Assembly (NCBI GenBank): GCA_012295275.1
Contig: CM022670.1
Span: 42,284,001-42,348,000, forward strand
Reading direction: 5' to 3'
Length of the DNA: 64,000 nt
Source of the DNA: Chrysomallon squamiferum
Taxonomy: Eukaryota; Animalia; Mollusca
A program made the position numbers and the translations under genes. The notes below the pieces were generated by a model. It did no database searches and was not told where the DNA came from. It was given only the letters and a program-made list of their open reading frames with translations. Shown piece after piece: positions 13,878 to 33,305 of this stretch. Within the stretch, counting starts at the first letter, position 1; each line of letters starts with the position of its first letter.

Positions 13878-15011
13878 AAGTGTGACAGAAATCATCAAGC
13901 GGACAACTGCAAGTGAATGTTGCGGTTTTCCCGCGAAGCTGCACGCTCTGGCGATCACTAATGACACTGCCTTGACTGAGCATTTTACTTCTGAGAACTA
14001 TGCTTACTTTCGTTATCGTAAATCATAGTGCCATTTTATCACTGCCACATAACGCTTTTATTTCTGATCACTACATTTTCATTTGTTTCTGACATTACAC
14101 GCGAAGTCACATTTACACTGTTCTATAGTAACTGATGACGAAGATACTACGTTAGTATCTCCTTAAAACAATTTTTTTATATTATAGAGAGAGATGTTCA
14201 GTTCTGAAACTAAATTAGTTAACAAGTAGATACGCGTCTAAATCACTAAAAATATTAAGATTACGAATTTCGAATAGGTTGTTAAATAGAACAGAAAGCT
14301 GTTACAAGGCCTCAATAGTAAATTGTTGGTCGAGATAGCTGATAACCAACAACCAGCTGACGTCTGTAATCTGGTCACGTGATTAAGAAGCACGTGGCGA
14401 TGTGACAGCTCGACTGGTTCACGCGCACACAAAAGAGGTTTACCTGCAAATGGAATAAGTCGGTGTGTTTGGATTATTTATAAAAAGCTTGCTGTTACTG
14501 GATTAAAGTCGGTGGCGGTAGTGCTGGCTCCGTTATTGATGTAATTACATTGTCGTGTGGACTAGTCACACTCAGAACATTGGTCCTCGGTTTTCTGAAT
14601 GTTTTTTTTGTCAGTGGCGTGGTTTTATTTCTAATTACAGTATTTGTACAAAATGTGGTGTGATCTTTCAGACTATCCTAATTCGTATGTCATTATTTTC
14701 TTTTTGTTTACATTTAGCAAGAGTTATTTTTCTTTATTTTCTTTCTTTTTTTAAAATTGTTATTAATTAAAATTTAGTAATCATACTATGTGATTAATTA
14801 TTTATGAAATTTGAAGTATCAGTTATTTTTTAAATACATCCAAATAAAAGGGTTGAGTTTAATAAAATATTAGAAAAAAAATGTTTTTTATTTTTTTTTT
14901 TTTTTAAAGAAATGTTGGATGTGTTTAGCGCAAGTTACGCATCCTTCATGTTCGCATATGTGTTGAATTTAATGTTTTATTTTATAGGTTGTACTAAATC
15001 TATTTTTATGA

Positions 15012-15069
<58 letters not shown>

Positions 15070-17289
15070 TGGTTTAGCCACTTTGGTTTACGATGCTTGA
15101 AGTTATTCTTTTACATTCCAGCAAGCAGAAATTAGTTTTATTTTGTAAAACTGTTTTCATTAGCCTAATGATCGCGCGTTGAACGGTTATTAATTTTATT
15201 TTTATAAATGAATAATCAGTTTAGTTTTTGTACTTTTAACAGAATAAATTGACAAACTATGCAATACTTTTGTATCATTTATATATTTTGAAATGAAATA
15301 ATTAAAGAGAAAAAAAAGTGTTTGTTTCTGTTACTATTCAGTGTTGTGTTCTAATTTCTGTAGATGCAGAGAAAGGTACAGTGTACTAGTTTTGTATAGT
15401 TAAAAACTATTGGTAGTTGTATGTCACGTGCGTTATCAAACTTGATGATGGCGGGAATGTTGACACGCCACGACCTGACCTCTAATCAATACATCCGGCT
15501 TTACGTAAGTACATGTAAGCCCGCCAAACAAGATGTAATAGAGCAAGGATAGCGGGGGGGTAACCATATCTTGGCTGGTAAATATATCAAGGTCGCCTAA
15601 ATTTCGTTTAGCCTATTTAAAGCCTTTCCTGAAAAATGTTTATAGTCCGATTACACACGATGTAATGTTTGATTTGTTACTCACTATTTTAGTTTCACAA
15701 CAAATTCTTTTTTCCCGTATAATAAAAAGTTCGTCCTGGAAGTGTATGCAGTATAAACCAGTGGTTTATTTTAAGAACTGTTAAAGTTATGTGGATACCA
15801 TTAATTAATTTCAAATATTGATTTTGATGATAAATTAGCACTAAAATATATCGTGAGCCAAGAAATAACATCTCTGTTTAAACAATTTATGTCGCTAGCT
15901 TCGAAGAAGTTTATTACATTTATTTATTTATTGTTTTTTTAAACACTATTAAAAATTATTGTTTTTACTTACGTCACCAGGCAGTCACAACAGCCGAAGG
16001 GAAGATAAATGGGGGTTAAATCTCCCCCATCAGTTACGAGCATAGCCGCAGAGAACAGGAAATTTATGATAAACTCCCCCCTCCAGCGACAGACACCACC
16101 TTTTTCTCAGTACTTCCTAATTAAAGTCCGGATTTGACTATTTCCATTTTATTTATTGGATTTTGATGTATTGTGGGATGGGACAGTGGTTTATCCTGAT
16201 TGATTGGTCAGTCAAACAGCCCGAAGCGGGAGAGCCAGAGTATTTAATAACATTTTATAACAAATGTAACTGTTATGAGAAAAGTAGCAACACACACACA
16301 CATGCACACGCGCGCGCATCATCTGTACATACAGAGAACTAATCTTTACTGTATCTTTACAGACTTCCATGTATGTAGTGTTATTTAATGCTTGATCTCT
16401 TATAACTGCTGTTACACCAGTCAATAATAAAATAGAGCACGTACGTACGAACACACACTGTAATCACTGTACGCATTGTCAAGATACGATGATTTGTTCA
16501 GCTTCCATATTTTCAGTCACTGACCAAAATCACAGCTTTTTGGGACGAAAGTGTATTCTCTTCGAGAGATAATTTGTTTTATTAACACACGAAATCATAT
16601 AAATAAATAAATAAATTCAAAGTAACATTTTTAGTGTATAATTGCTGGTTTAGATCTTTCGATTTTCTTTTAAACACTAAGAAACTGTCCATCAACTCCT
16701 GTGAATCTACAGTTCTCGAGAACGACAAGTCGAGAAATAAAACAGTTAATTTGATTTTGAATTGTTTTATTTAGGAATGCAGAATACTGAATTAAGTAAC
16801 CAGCTTTATCTGGCACGGATGGAATGTTGAATACCGCTCGACATAGGCTCGCTGCAATTTGGCATTCTAACCTCACAGTATAAAGCTAGTATCTTAAAGG
16901 AGCAACGAGTTATTTCTTGTATACACATCACATACAGATATACATATGTTGTCTACATCACCAGCATAATAACAATTATTCCTTATGTACATTACATAGA
17001 GATACAGACAGTTATATAGCTATTTTATCATAAACATCACATACAGATATAAGTATTTTATCTACATCACCATATATAATGCATATCGTAGATAATTATA
17101 ATGTTAGTCAGAGTATTACAAACTGCTTCCTGCGGAAACTCTGAGCGAACACATAAGTTACTGTCACATGGTAATGTCATGTTTGTAAAATGTATTACTT
17201 CAAAACAGATTTAACTCGCCTCTGTAAACTTTCTTTTTATTCATCACCTCTGTTATACATCACAGGAATCCTGTCTCCAGTCAATAAAT

Positions 17290-18600
17290 ATACACACAAA
17301 ACACTCGTGTCTCTGACATCAGTGTAAACATACACACAAAACACTCGTGTCTCTGACATCATTGTAAACATACACACTAAACACTCGTGTCTCTGACATC
17401 AATGTAAACATGCACACAAAACACTCGTGTCTCTGACATCAGTGTAAACATGCACACAAAACACTCGTGTCTCTGACATCAGTGTAAACATACACACAAA
17501 ACACTCGTGTCTCTGACATCAGTGTAAACATGCACACAAAACACTCGTGTCTCTGACATCAGTGTAAACATACACACAAAACACTCGTGTCTCTGACATC
17601 AGTGTAAACATGCACACAAAACACTCGTGTCTCTGACATCAGTGTAAACATACACACAAAACACTCGTGTCTCTGACATCAGTGTAAACATGCACACAAA
17701 ACACTCGTGTCTCTGACATCAGTGTAAACATACACAAAAACACTCGTGTCTCTGACATCAGTGTAAACATACACACAAAAACACTCGTGTCTCTGACATC
17801 AGTGTAAACATGCACACAAAACACTCGTGTCTCTGACATCAGTGTAAACATGCACACAAAACACTCGTGTCTCTGACATCAGTGTAAACATGCACACAAA
17901 ACACTCGTGTCTCTGACATCAGTGTAAACATACACACAAAACACTCGTGTCTCTGACATCAATGTAAACATGCACACAAAACACTCGTGTGGTTGACATC
18001 AGTGTAAACATACACACAAAACACTCGTGTCTCTGACATCAGTGTAAACATACACACAAAACACTAGTGTCTCTGACATCAGTGTAAACATGCACACAAA
18101 ACACTCGTGTCTCTGACATCAGTGTAAACATGCACACAAAACACTCGTGTCTCTGACATCAGTGTAAACATGCACACAAAACACTCGTGTCTCTGACATC
18201 AGTGTAAACATACACACAAAACACTCGTGTCTCTGACATCAATGTAAATATGCACACAAAACACTCGTGTGGTTGACATCAGTGTAAACATACACACAAA
18301 ACATTAGTGTGTCTGACATCAATGTAAACACGCACACAAAACACTCGTGTCTCTGACATCAATGTAAACAAACACACAAAACACTCGTGTCTCTGACATC
18401 AGTGTAAACATACACACAAAACACTCGTGTCTCTGACATCAGTGTAAACATACACACAAAACACTAGTGTGTCTGACAACAATGTGAACATTCAAACAAG
18501 ACACTCGTGTCTCTGACATCAGTGTAAACATATAAAAAGACACTTGTGTCACTGACATCAGTGTAAACATACACACAAAACACTAGTGTCTGACAGTAAA
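17290..18600. repeat. 40-bp minisatellite (~32 copies)
   Basis: Unit ACACAAAACACTCGTGTCTCTGACATCAGTGTAAACAT(A/G)C, highly homogeneous. Confidence 0.98.
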
Positions 18601-19661
18601 CACATACACAGTGATGTACACACGTCAGTAAGTGCGTAAAGTGATGTACATACAATAGTATAAACACTAGCACATTAACAAATACGAACTACATATTACA
18701 TACTGGACAGCATGAATTGCTAGCAGTGTTATATTTACACGTGAAAATATAAATATGTCACAAAATAATTAAACATATAATTATATGAAAATGTTGGTAT
18801 GTAACAAACAGTTGTCAAAGATCATGTTGGCATGCAAAACAACAGCCTCAGGGTATTTTCAGTATGTAGGTTACATTTTATTCTTGCTTGTAGGTAACAG
18901 TTGGATAAACATAATTATTTATTAGGTTTTGTATACATATATTTGTTTATTTATGCATTCTTTTCTTCCTCTTCTTCTTCTTCTTCTTATTATTATTATT
19001 TTTATTATTTTTTTGTTTGTTTGTTTGTTTGTTTGTTTGTTTTTTTTTTTTTTTTTCTCTACATACATGATCAGGTACAACTTTAACGTGTTATTTCTAC
19101 TCTAGAAGTTAAATGTATATTATTCAAAATACTGATTTTCAGAGATGGACTGTAGTAAAACAGATTCGTGTTACACAACGACACTGTTCTGCAGCCCTGA
19201 CCTGCAACCACTCTAGTGACTTTATACTGTTATTTCTTTCTCAAAATCGAGATTCACATTCAGACATTTGTCATTGTGTCTGTGCGGAGGAATGATAAAA
19301 TGATGGTGGTGTTAATCATGATGATTTTGATGAAGATAAAGATGATGATATTTGAGGAACTACGTAAAGATAATTAATTATAATTCACAAACATGGCATT
19401 TTTAATTATAATTGTCTGCCAATGATTATTCTCATTAATACAAAAATAATTATCTCCCTTTTGAATCTGCATTGTAAAATTGTCACATAACATCAGTGCG
19501 GAATGCTGAATGTGGATGCTGTATTATTCATTTGACATATATAGTGGATAAAGTAAACATAACACATTTTTCCGTCACATGATTATAATCTGCGCTATAT
19601 ACTGTACATTTAAGCCTTGTTGCTGGTAAGATACGTCTGACGTACAAAGTGGATAATGTCA

Positions 19662-20550
19662 ATGTTATTTACTACTGGTAAGTTACGTGGTACGTACACA
19701 GTGTATAACATACAGATGTTATTTACTACTGGTAAGTTACGTGGTACGTACACAGTGTATAACATACAGATGTTATTTACTACTGGTAAGTTACGTGGTA
19801 CGTACACAGTGTATAACATACATAGTTATTTACTACTGGTAAGTTACGCGGTACGTACACAGTGTATAACATACAGATGTTATTTACTACTGATAAGTTA
19901 CGTGGTACGTACACAGTGTATAATACATATGTTATTTACTACTGGTAAGTTACGCGGTACGTACACAGTGTATAACATACAGATGTTATTTACTACTGGT
20001 AAGTTACGCGGTACGTACACAGTGTATAATACATATGTTATTTACTACTGGTAAGTTACGCGGTACGTACACAGTGTATAACATACAGATGTTATTTACT
20101 ACTGGTAAGTTACGTGGTACGTACACAGTGTATAACATACAGATGTTATTTACTACTGGTAAGTTACATGGTATGTACAGTGTGTAATATACAGATGTTA
20201 TTTACTACTGGTAAGTTACGTGGTACGTATACAGTGTATAACATACATGGTTATTTACTACTGGTAAGTTACGTGGTACGTACACAGTGTATAACATACA
20301 GATGTTATTTACTACTGGTAAGTTACGTGGTACGTACACAGTGTATAATACATATGTTATTTACTACTGGTAAGTTACGTGGTACGTACACAGTGTATAA
20401 CATACATAGTTATTTACTACTGGTAAGTTACGTGGTACGTACACAGTGTATAACATACAGATGTTATTTACTACTGGTAAGTTACGTGGTACGTACACAG
20501 TGTATAACATACAGATGTTATTTACTACTGGTAAGTTACGTGGTACGTAC
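19662..20550. repeat. 54-bp minisatellite (~16 copies)
   Basis: Unit ATGTTATTTACTACTGGTAAGTTACGTGGTACGTACACAGTGTATAACATACAG, with some ~50-bp variants. Confidence 0.98.
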
Positions 20551-20844
20551 AACGTAGTTCTATTAATTATTGTATTTGTGTATTTTAAAAGAGTTCCTTA
20601 GATGTGTGATTAAATCGCAGCAGCAGAAATGATTTTCCTGTTTCTGTCTTTGTTTCTGAAAGAAAAGATATGTCGAGCTGTTATCTCTGTATTGTCAGTA
20701 AACACATGTCACATTCTACAGCCACGTCAGCATACACGTCGTCCACGTCACGACACCTATCAGCAGACCATCTGCAAACAAAGTCAGCACGTTTACATCT
20801 GTCACATTCCTACAAACAAACACTGTCAAAACTATCGACATTAC

Positions 20845-21195
20845 CACTACTACGACTAGTATTAGTACTAGTGTTACCCCTACGACGACGACTACTAGTA
20901 CAATGACTATTACTATGACTACTACTATTATTACTAATACTATTATTAATATGACTCTACTATTCTGCCACTATTATTACTACTACTGAGACAATTACTG
21001 TGAGTATTACTACCTCTACCACTATTACTACTACGACAACAACTACTACGACTATTACTATGACTACTACTATTTATTCTACTGCTATTACTCATATTAT
21101 TACTATTACGTCTACTACTACTACTTCAAGTAGGACTGTTCCTAATACATTCTACTACTATCGCTACTACAAAAATGTAACACGACATAAATACA

Positions 21196-21290
<95 letters not shown>
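20845..21290. repeat. Degenerate (ACT)n tract followed by a compound (TA)n(GA)n microsatellite
   Basis: Directly visible; (TA)n at ~21200-21234 then (GA)n to ~21288. Confidence 0.9.
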
Positions 21291-22109
21291 CGACCGACAG
21301 ACATACCTATATATAGACACATAAATATAATATACAGATACAAACATACTCATAATATACATACGAACACATACACATACATACCCATAAACGTACATAC
21401 ACACATACTCATATCTACAGAAACATAACTAAGAAACAAATTATTCACTAATTAAGAATCGAGTCGTTCGCTAATTAAATAACAAGTAATTCACTAACTA
21501 AGAAACCAGTTATTCACTAAGAAACAAGTTATTCACTATGAAACAAATTATTCAGTAATTAAGAAACAAGGGTTTTCACCAGTAACACAGCTTCTCAGGT
21601 TGACGTACTGAGTATGTGGCGTGGACAAAGGGAGTGTATTACAAGACAATTAAAGAAACATGTTTGGTGATAATCCAGAGCAACTCACAGATGTCAGCAC
21701 AGGGTCAACTCACAGGCTGGAGCGCGCACTAAACCAGGTTAAAAATAATTTAAATACTAGAAATACATTAGTGTATCTAATTAAAAATTTTATTGCCTAT
21801 TTTATTGTTGTTTCTTTCTATATTTTTTGTGGTTTTTTTTTTATGTTTTGTTTATTGCATATAAAGAAAGAAAGAAAAGAAGCTAATATGTATATTAAAA
21901 AAAAATACAAAATTACTGAACATCTCAATTCTCGTTATATAAATCTCACTTCTCGGAGGCCTGCATTTCAGAATATACATACTTCCATCTCACTTGTCAT
22001 TCATCTGACTTGACTGTACAGTATAAACTCATATCTTTTACAACCTTTCACATCTCCTCTCTCTCAAACAGTAGCGTGCATTTATATTTCCTTACAGTAC
22101 TGTACATCT

Positions 22110-22335
22110 GACTTCATGTACAATACTATGTATCTAACTTCTTGTACAATATTGTATATCTAACTTCTTGTACAATATTGTATATCGTACTTCTTGTATA
22201 ATATTGTATATGTGACTTCTTGTACAATATTGTATATGTAACTTATTGTACAATATTGTATATCTAACTTCTTGTACAATATTGTATATGTAACTTCTTG
22301 TACAATATTGTTCATCTCAGTTCTTGTAAATATTG
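22110..22335. repeat. 26-bp minisatellite
   Basis: Unit TGTACAATATTGTATATCTAACTTCT, with internal palindrome TACAATATTGTA. Confidence 0.9.
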
Positions 22336-24055
22336 CACAATAAATTTTTCGTACAATACTGATGGCATCAATGGTTCATTGGTAGACTGAACTATCTTCA
22401 GCTAATAGTGTTTGGGGTTTTTTTTTTTGTTTATTTATTTTTCGTTTTTCTTTCTCCGCCCCCAACCTTTCTTTTATCAAATATTTATTTCAGAATTTCT
22501 TATAATATTTCAGATTTCTACAGAGGCATAGAAAACAATTTAGGTATACTTATCTAATTAAATAATAATAATAACAACAACTAAAACAAAATAATAGAAG
22601 AAATTATTATGTTTATTAGAAGTTCACGGTCTGCAGACACGAAGCGAGTTAGATTTTGTAAACACGGAGATGCAGACAAGTAGGAACTGTGTTCGGACAT
22701 TCACCTCACTTGACACATTTTCTCCCACGAAGCGTGTCAGAACAGCGTGCAGACAACGGTTTGCCGTGTTTAAACATGGTCCCCACAAACTAAACCTTTC
22801 ATTTCAGTCGTGTCGGTCAAGGTAACCTGGTGTTGATATGCAGTCGAAATATCGTAATGTTATACATTTAGTTAATGTCTCATGTTTAAACACCATCAAC
22901 AGCAATCACTTATAGAGCACAACAGCAATACTGCAACAAAAACAACAACAACAATAAATTAATTAATTAATTAATTAATTAAAATTACTCCTTCATCCAT
23001 GTCTAAATAAAGAATAAAAAACAATTATTCAAACTTTAAATTCAGCTATCTTATTTCTATGTACCAGGCTATTTTTCATTATTTTACCTATCTGTACTTT
23101 TTATTATTGTTTCATAAACTATTTTACAACTGCAGTTCTGTGAACTGATAAACTCACAGTCGTGAGTCCTACATGACTACATGTTACAGCAAGTTTTATT
23201 TGAACATTTAGCGGGGGGAGGTGTCACTGCGGGGGATATGTTTGTAACACACTGACAATGGTATTTAAAGTTCGTTTTAGAACGAAATCCTGTGATATTG
23301 TTTTTTGCCATTCTCATAAATATTCAGTGCCGGGTTCAAAGGTCATTTGCAACACGTGTTATTACTGTCGGCCTGTGAGCACATGTCTACGTCGGACAGT
23401 TGAATATTTTCTTCTTCGATGTTCTGAATGTAAGTGCACAAATAAAGAGCAACAAGCGTAGTGGTTTCCCGCTTACTCGACGTTTCAGACATCCAGTATT
23501 TACGTTGTTATCAGCTGACGCCGTTCTGCATGCTGATGTTGTCAGTGGAAGTCGGTGACAGTGATGTAGGACAGACATTGAGAACGAGTCACTTGTCATT
23601 TTAATTGTCAACAGATGTTGTCTCGAACACAGATGTTTTTCTCTGTGCTATTTCACTGGTACTTACAACTCTAAATATAACACATCGATCTGTCGCTATA
23701 AATATCACTAGTATTTTATACATCTGTTGCATATGTATATATTCTAAATATCACCAGTATTTTATACATCTATTAAATATATACGTACTAAATAATAACT
23801 ATTTTTTTTAAAACGATTATTGCATGTGCACATACTAAATATTACCTGTATTCTTTTACATTTGTTACATTTGCATCTACTAAATATTACCAGTATTATA
23901 TATATAGACTAGACTCTAAATATTACCAATATTTTTTACATTTATTACATTCGTACATACTAAATATTACCAGTATTTTATACTCATATTAAATATTACG
24001 ACTGCAAATAGCAGATTTCAAATATATCCTTGTTGTGTTTACTCCTAACTTCGTC

Positions 24056-24086
<31 letters not shown>

Positions 24087-24188
24087 AAAGAAAAAAGAAA
24101 TCACAAACAAAAAAAAACAGTCTCAAAGTCAAAGAAAAATAATGCAAATGGACCCAACTTGTTGAGGCGTGTACTAACTTGCAGTTCA

Positions 24189-24253
<65 letters not shown>

Positions 24254-25719
24254 ACATGAACATTGTATTAATTCTTCTTATTTATTCCGTCTGTAATAAA
24301 TATTCATAAGTTAGAATATCTCACTTGCTTACGTCACCCGTGCTATTTTGATAGTTAAAGCTACTGTCAAAGGTTAAGTGTTTGATTACATTAAGTGGTT
24401 TTGTGTAGATTTTCCAGGAAATCTGTACCTGTGACCTGATCCTGATACCTGGCCAATCCCAGCGTTCAGTGCGCGCTATCAATAGCAACAGATGACACTG
24501 ACACGCTGTTGTCAGTACCTTAATACATTTATTTCAGAATATTCACGTCACAGCAGTCACTACCCACAACAGTGCCAGTTTTCCTCATTCCAAATAACAT
24601 TCAGTTAATAAAATAATATTAATTATTATTTCATATAAAATATATATTATCTGATAATCATTATTAATCTTAATACATTTTAATATTGTTAATTAATTAA
24701 ATAATAATGTATATGCATTCAGTTTAATTTTGAATTCATTTTTGTGTGTTTATTGTATAGAAATGTAGGGACGCTTTGAAGACAAAAAACAAGTTGGCTG
24801 TGTAACATAAAGGCTGTGGAAAGACAGGTGTCTGCCGGATGTGTGACATGGCGAGCTGGGATTGGCTAATCCGCGGCTGAACACCTTGCAGTAGTTTACC
24901 TGTCGCGTCTTTGTTCATGCACTGGGAAAGCAGGTGGCGCTATTCTTTTAACGCCTCATTTAGTCTCACACACAACACATACATTATAAGAACATACACA
25001 CAGAAACCGGACAGCTGTCACTGATAGAACACGCACGCACGCACAGAGAAAACATGCACAGACATATACACACATACATATACATACAAACATGTATATT
25101 TAAAAATATGCACATGTACAAGACCAAACCACGTTTAGCAAAACATAAATTCAGTAAAATAAAATTATTATCATGAATTAATTTTTCATTAATAATTATC
25201 TAAACTTTTCTATTAATAATTAAGGAAGAAAAATTAACCGTTCTCGATACAAGATCACGAACTATGCAATCTGAAATAAAGCTGGAAGAGTTACTGTTCT
25301 TGTTGACATTGGAAAAACGATGCATTTCAATACGGTATTGTAAACCATATTAAAATACTGAAATATAAACGTATTTCAACAGTAAGTAAATCAGTAAAGA
25401 AAATAACAACATTTATTAAAAATCCGCAGTTTATTTCTAATATAAAAGTACTAACAAAGTATTTGATAAGTGTGTAAATACATATTTGACAATATTGTTA
25501 AATATTAATTATAAACATCGATCATGTTTATATATACATAAATAATATTTGTATAAAAATAAATTTTGTTAAATGACACTTGTACAAAATAAAATTTTAA
25601 TTAAAATAAAACAGTAATTAAAATGAGATTTCAAGTGACTGTCCACATAACTGGTAAAACATTACAACTTTATTTAACATTAACCACTTTTTACTTATTT
25701 TCAGTATTAACAATTTTAA

Positions 25720-26826
25720 CCCTTTAATGATCAAACTGACTCTGTGGGTGAACACTTTGCAAGTAAAAAATACTTTGAAATCCTTTTTAATTTGGTAATA
25801 AGTGTTGAAAAATTCCGTACTGCCAGTGTTCTCAAATTAACTTACTTGAATGTCTTTCATTTATTAAAAATAAATTTTATACCACAGTGTAACTTACATT
25901 TCAGTGCAATACAGAGACAATGAGCTGAAGCATGATACAGCAATATAAAACAGTAATAGGAAGCAGGATAAAGCAAGATGAAAAAATATATAGTAATATA
26001 AAACAATATAGAGTCATCTAAAACAATATAGAGTCATCTAAAACAATATAGTGTCATCTAAAGTAGGATGCAGCCATAGGAAACAGGATACAGCAAGATA
26101 AGCTTGATATAGGTAACACAAAGTGGACACAGATGATGATTCTTGATAAAGAACAATCAAACAGCAAGATAAAAATAATACTGCAAGATGTATCAGGATA
26201 GAACTATATAAAACAGGATACATCAACATTAATCGGGATAGAACTATATAAAACAGGATACATCAACATTAACCAGGATAGGGCTATATAAAACAGGATA
26301 CATCAATATAAATCAGGATAGCTATATACAACAGGATACATCAAGATTAATCAGGATAGGGCTATATAAAACAGGATACATCAATATAAATCAGGATATA
26401 TCAAGGTGAATCAGGATAGAGCTAGATAAAACAACATACAGCAAGTCAAAATAAGATAAAGGAAAAAAAACAAACACGATACAGATAAATGTGAATTCCA
26501 CATTGCTTGACTCAAATTGTGTTTACTTTTGTTTCAATACTTGAATGCAGCTCATTTCAGCCAGTCTCGTTTGACCTCTGAAATTTTAGAACAGTCCATA
26601 CATAAACACAATAAGATAACTTTATCCAGAATGATGTTTCTCTAAATGAAATAAATATTTTATAATCTGGAATCACTGGGGATTTTTTTGTTTTTGTTTC
26701 CTATCAGTAAAATTTGATGTACTCATAGGAGTAATTTTTTTACTGTTATATATTTATTTCATAATTGTTTTTTAATGAAACAGTTACACATATAAACCAC
26801 TGTCTGATTCGTGTGTCACTAAAGGG
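25720..26826. mobile_element. piggyBac-like non-autonomous element carrying an internal minisatellite
   Basis: TTAA|CCCTTTAATGA ... TCACTAAAGGG|TTAA (10/11 inverted match, TTAA on both sides). Internal CAGGATA-based repeats at ~26190-26430. Confidence 0.55.
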
Positions 26827-27525
26827 TTAATATTGTTAACAATTTAAACATTTCTCATTTTCAGTTTTAACATATTAACCAATATATACATCATATAAAA
26901 AATAATAAATAAAAAATTTGCTTTTTTTTTAATTTTGTATTAATTCTGCCTCAGTATCATTTTTGGATATATTGTTATTAATAAGAAATTTGTATATGTT
27001 TATGGTATATTCAAAAAATAATCCTAGTTAAAATATGTATAACTCTGAAATATCTTTTCATTCCATTACTGACAGCAAATGTCTGACAAAATGACTCTCT
27101 AAAATATTTGTTTTCATATAGCAAATACTACATTACACAAGAAAATATAGTTTTATTCTCAAAAAACACTCAATTAAAAAACCACATGTTAATAAAAACT
27201 GACAGAAAATAAAAATGTTGAAATGGTCTCATACATGTCGCTATGTCACTGATTTTAGCTATAAAAACAGTTTATAATGTAACATGTTTACAGACAGAAG
27301 GATGATTGTCAAAGATGAGATGTAACTTTAAAAAGTCACTTGATAAAATAACGTTTGAGCCCAAGATAAAAGAATGAAACCAAAGCAACAACCAAATGGC
27401 ATCTTTTTGTTTTAACTAGCACTGACTGCTAAACTATACTCTTAGCTAACTAAAGAACAGAAACTTGCTGTAGTATACATTTAAATGTAGTAATGTGTAT
27501 TGTGAGATGTCACTGATGTATAGAT

Positions 27526-32583
<5,058 letters not shown>

Positions 32584-32714
32584 TTTGAACATCCTGTAAA
32601 TCATTAAAACTTACATTAACAAACATTCAACATATAGTAACTAGGAAGATTTTCATCAGTGCATCAAAGTACACATTCTATCAAAACATCTATGAAAGTG
32701 CTAGTATGTTCACT

Positions 32715-33030
32715 GTTAAAACATTTATAAAAATACTAAATGTATACACAAATTTATAAAAATACTAAATGTCTACACAAATTTATAAAAATACTAAATG
32801 TATACACAAATTTATAAAAATACTAAATGTCTACACAAATTTATAAAAATACTAAATGTCTACACAAATTTATAAAAATACTAAATGTATACACAAATTT
32901 ATAAAAATACTAAATGTCTACACAAATTTATAAAAATACTAAATGTCTACACAAATTTATAAAAATACTAAATGTATACACAAATTTATAAAAATACTAA
33001 ATGTCTACACAAATTTATAAAAATACTAAA
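32715..33030. repeat. 29-bp minisatellite
   Basis: Unit ATTTATAAAAATACTAAATGT(A/C)TACACAA. Confidence 0.95.
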
Positions 33031-33110
33031 TATTGTCAAAAATGTATTAAAATACTTATGAAAGCACTTATAAAAGGACCAAATATATATACAATGTTAA
33101 AACATTTATA

Positions 33111-33272
33111 AAAGTACTAAGTAGGCTATATATACACAGCTAAAACATTATACAAATAATGTTTATGTATGTTAAAACATAAAAATACTGATTATGGATA
33201 CTGTTAAAACATTTATAAAAGTACTATGTATATATATATATATATACACTGTTAAAACACACAAAGTGTGTG

Positions 33273-33305
<33 letters not shown>

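Noticed and set aside
15980-16140. Possible MITE with G/C-run subterminal motifs
   Set aside because: Could not define matching termini or a target-site duplication.
17290-20557. CRISPR-like arrays or repeat-protein ORFs in the 40-bp and 54-bp arrays
   Set aside because: Head-to-tail units with no unique spacers, no cas genes and a eukaryotic context. The ORFs arise simply from unit periodicity.
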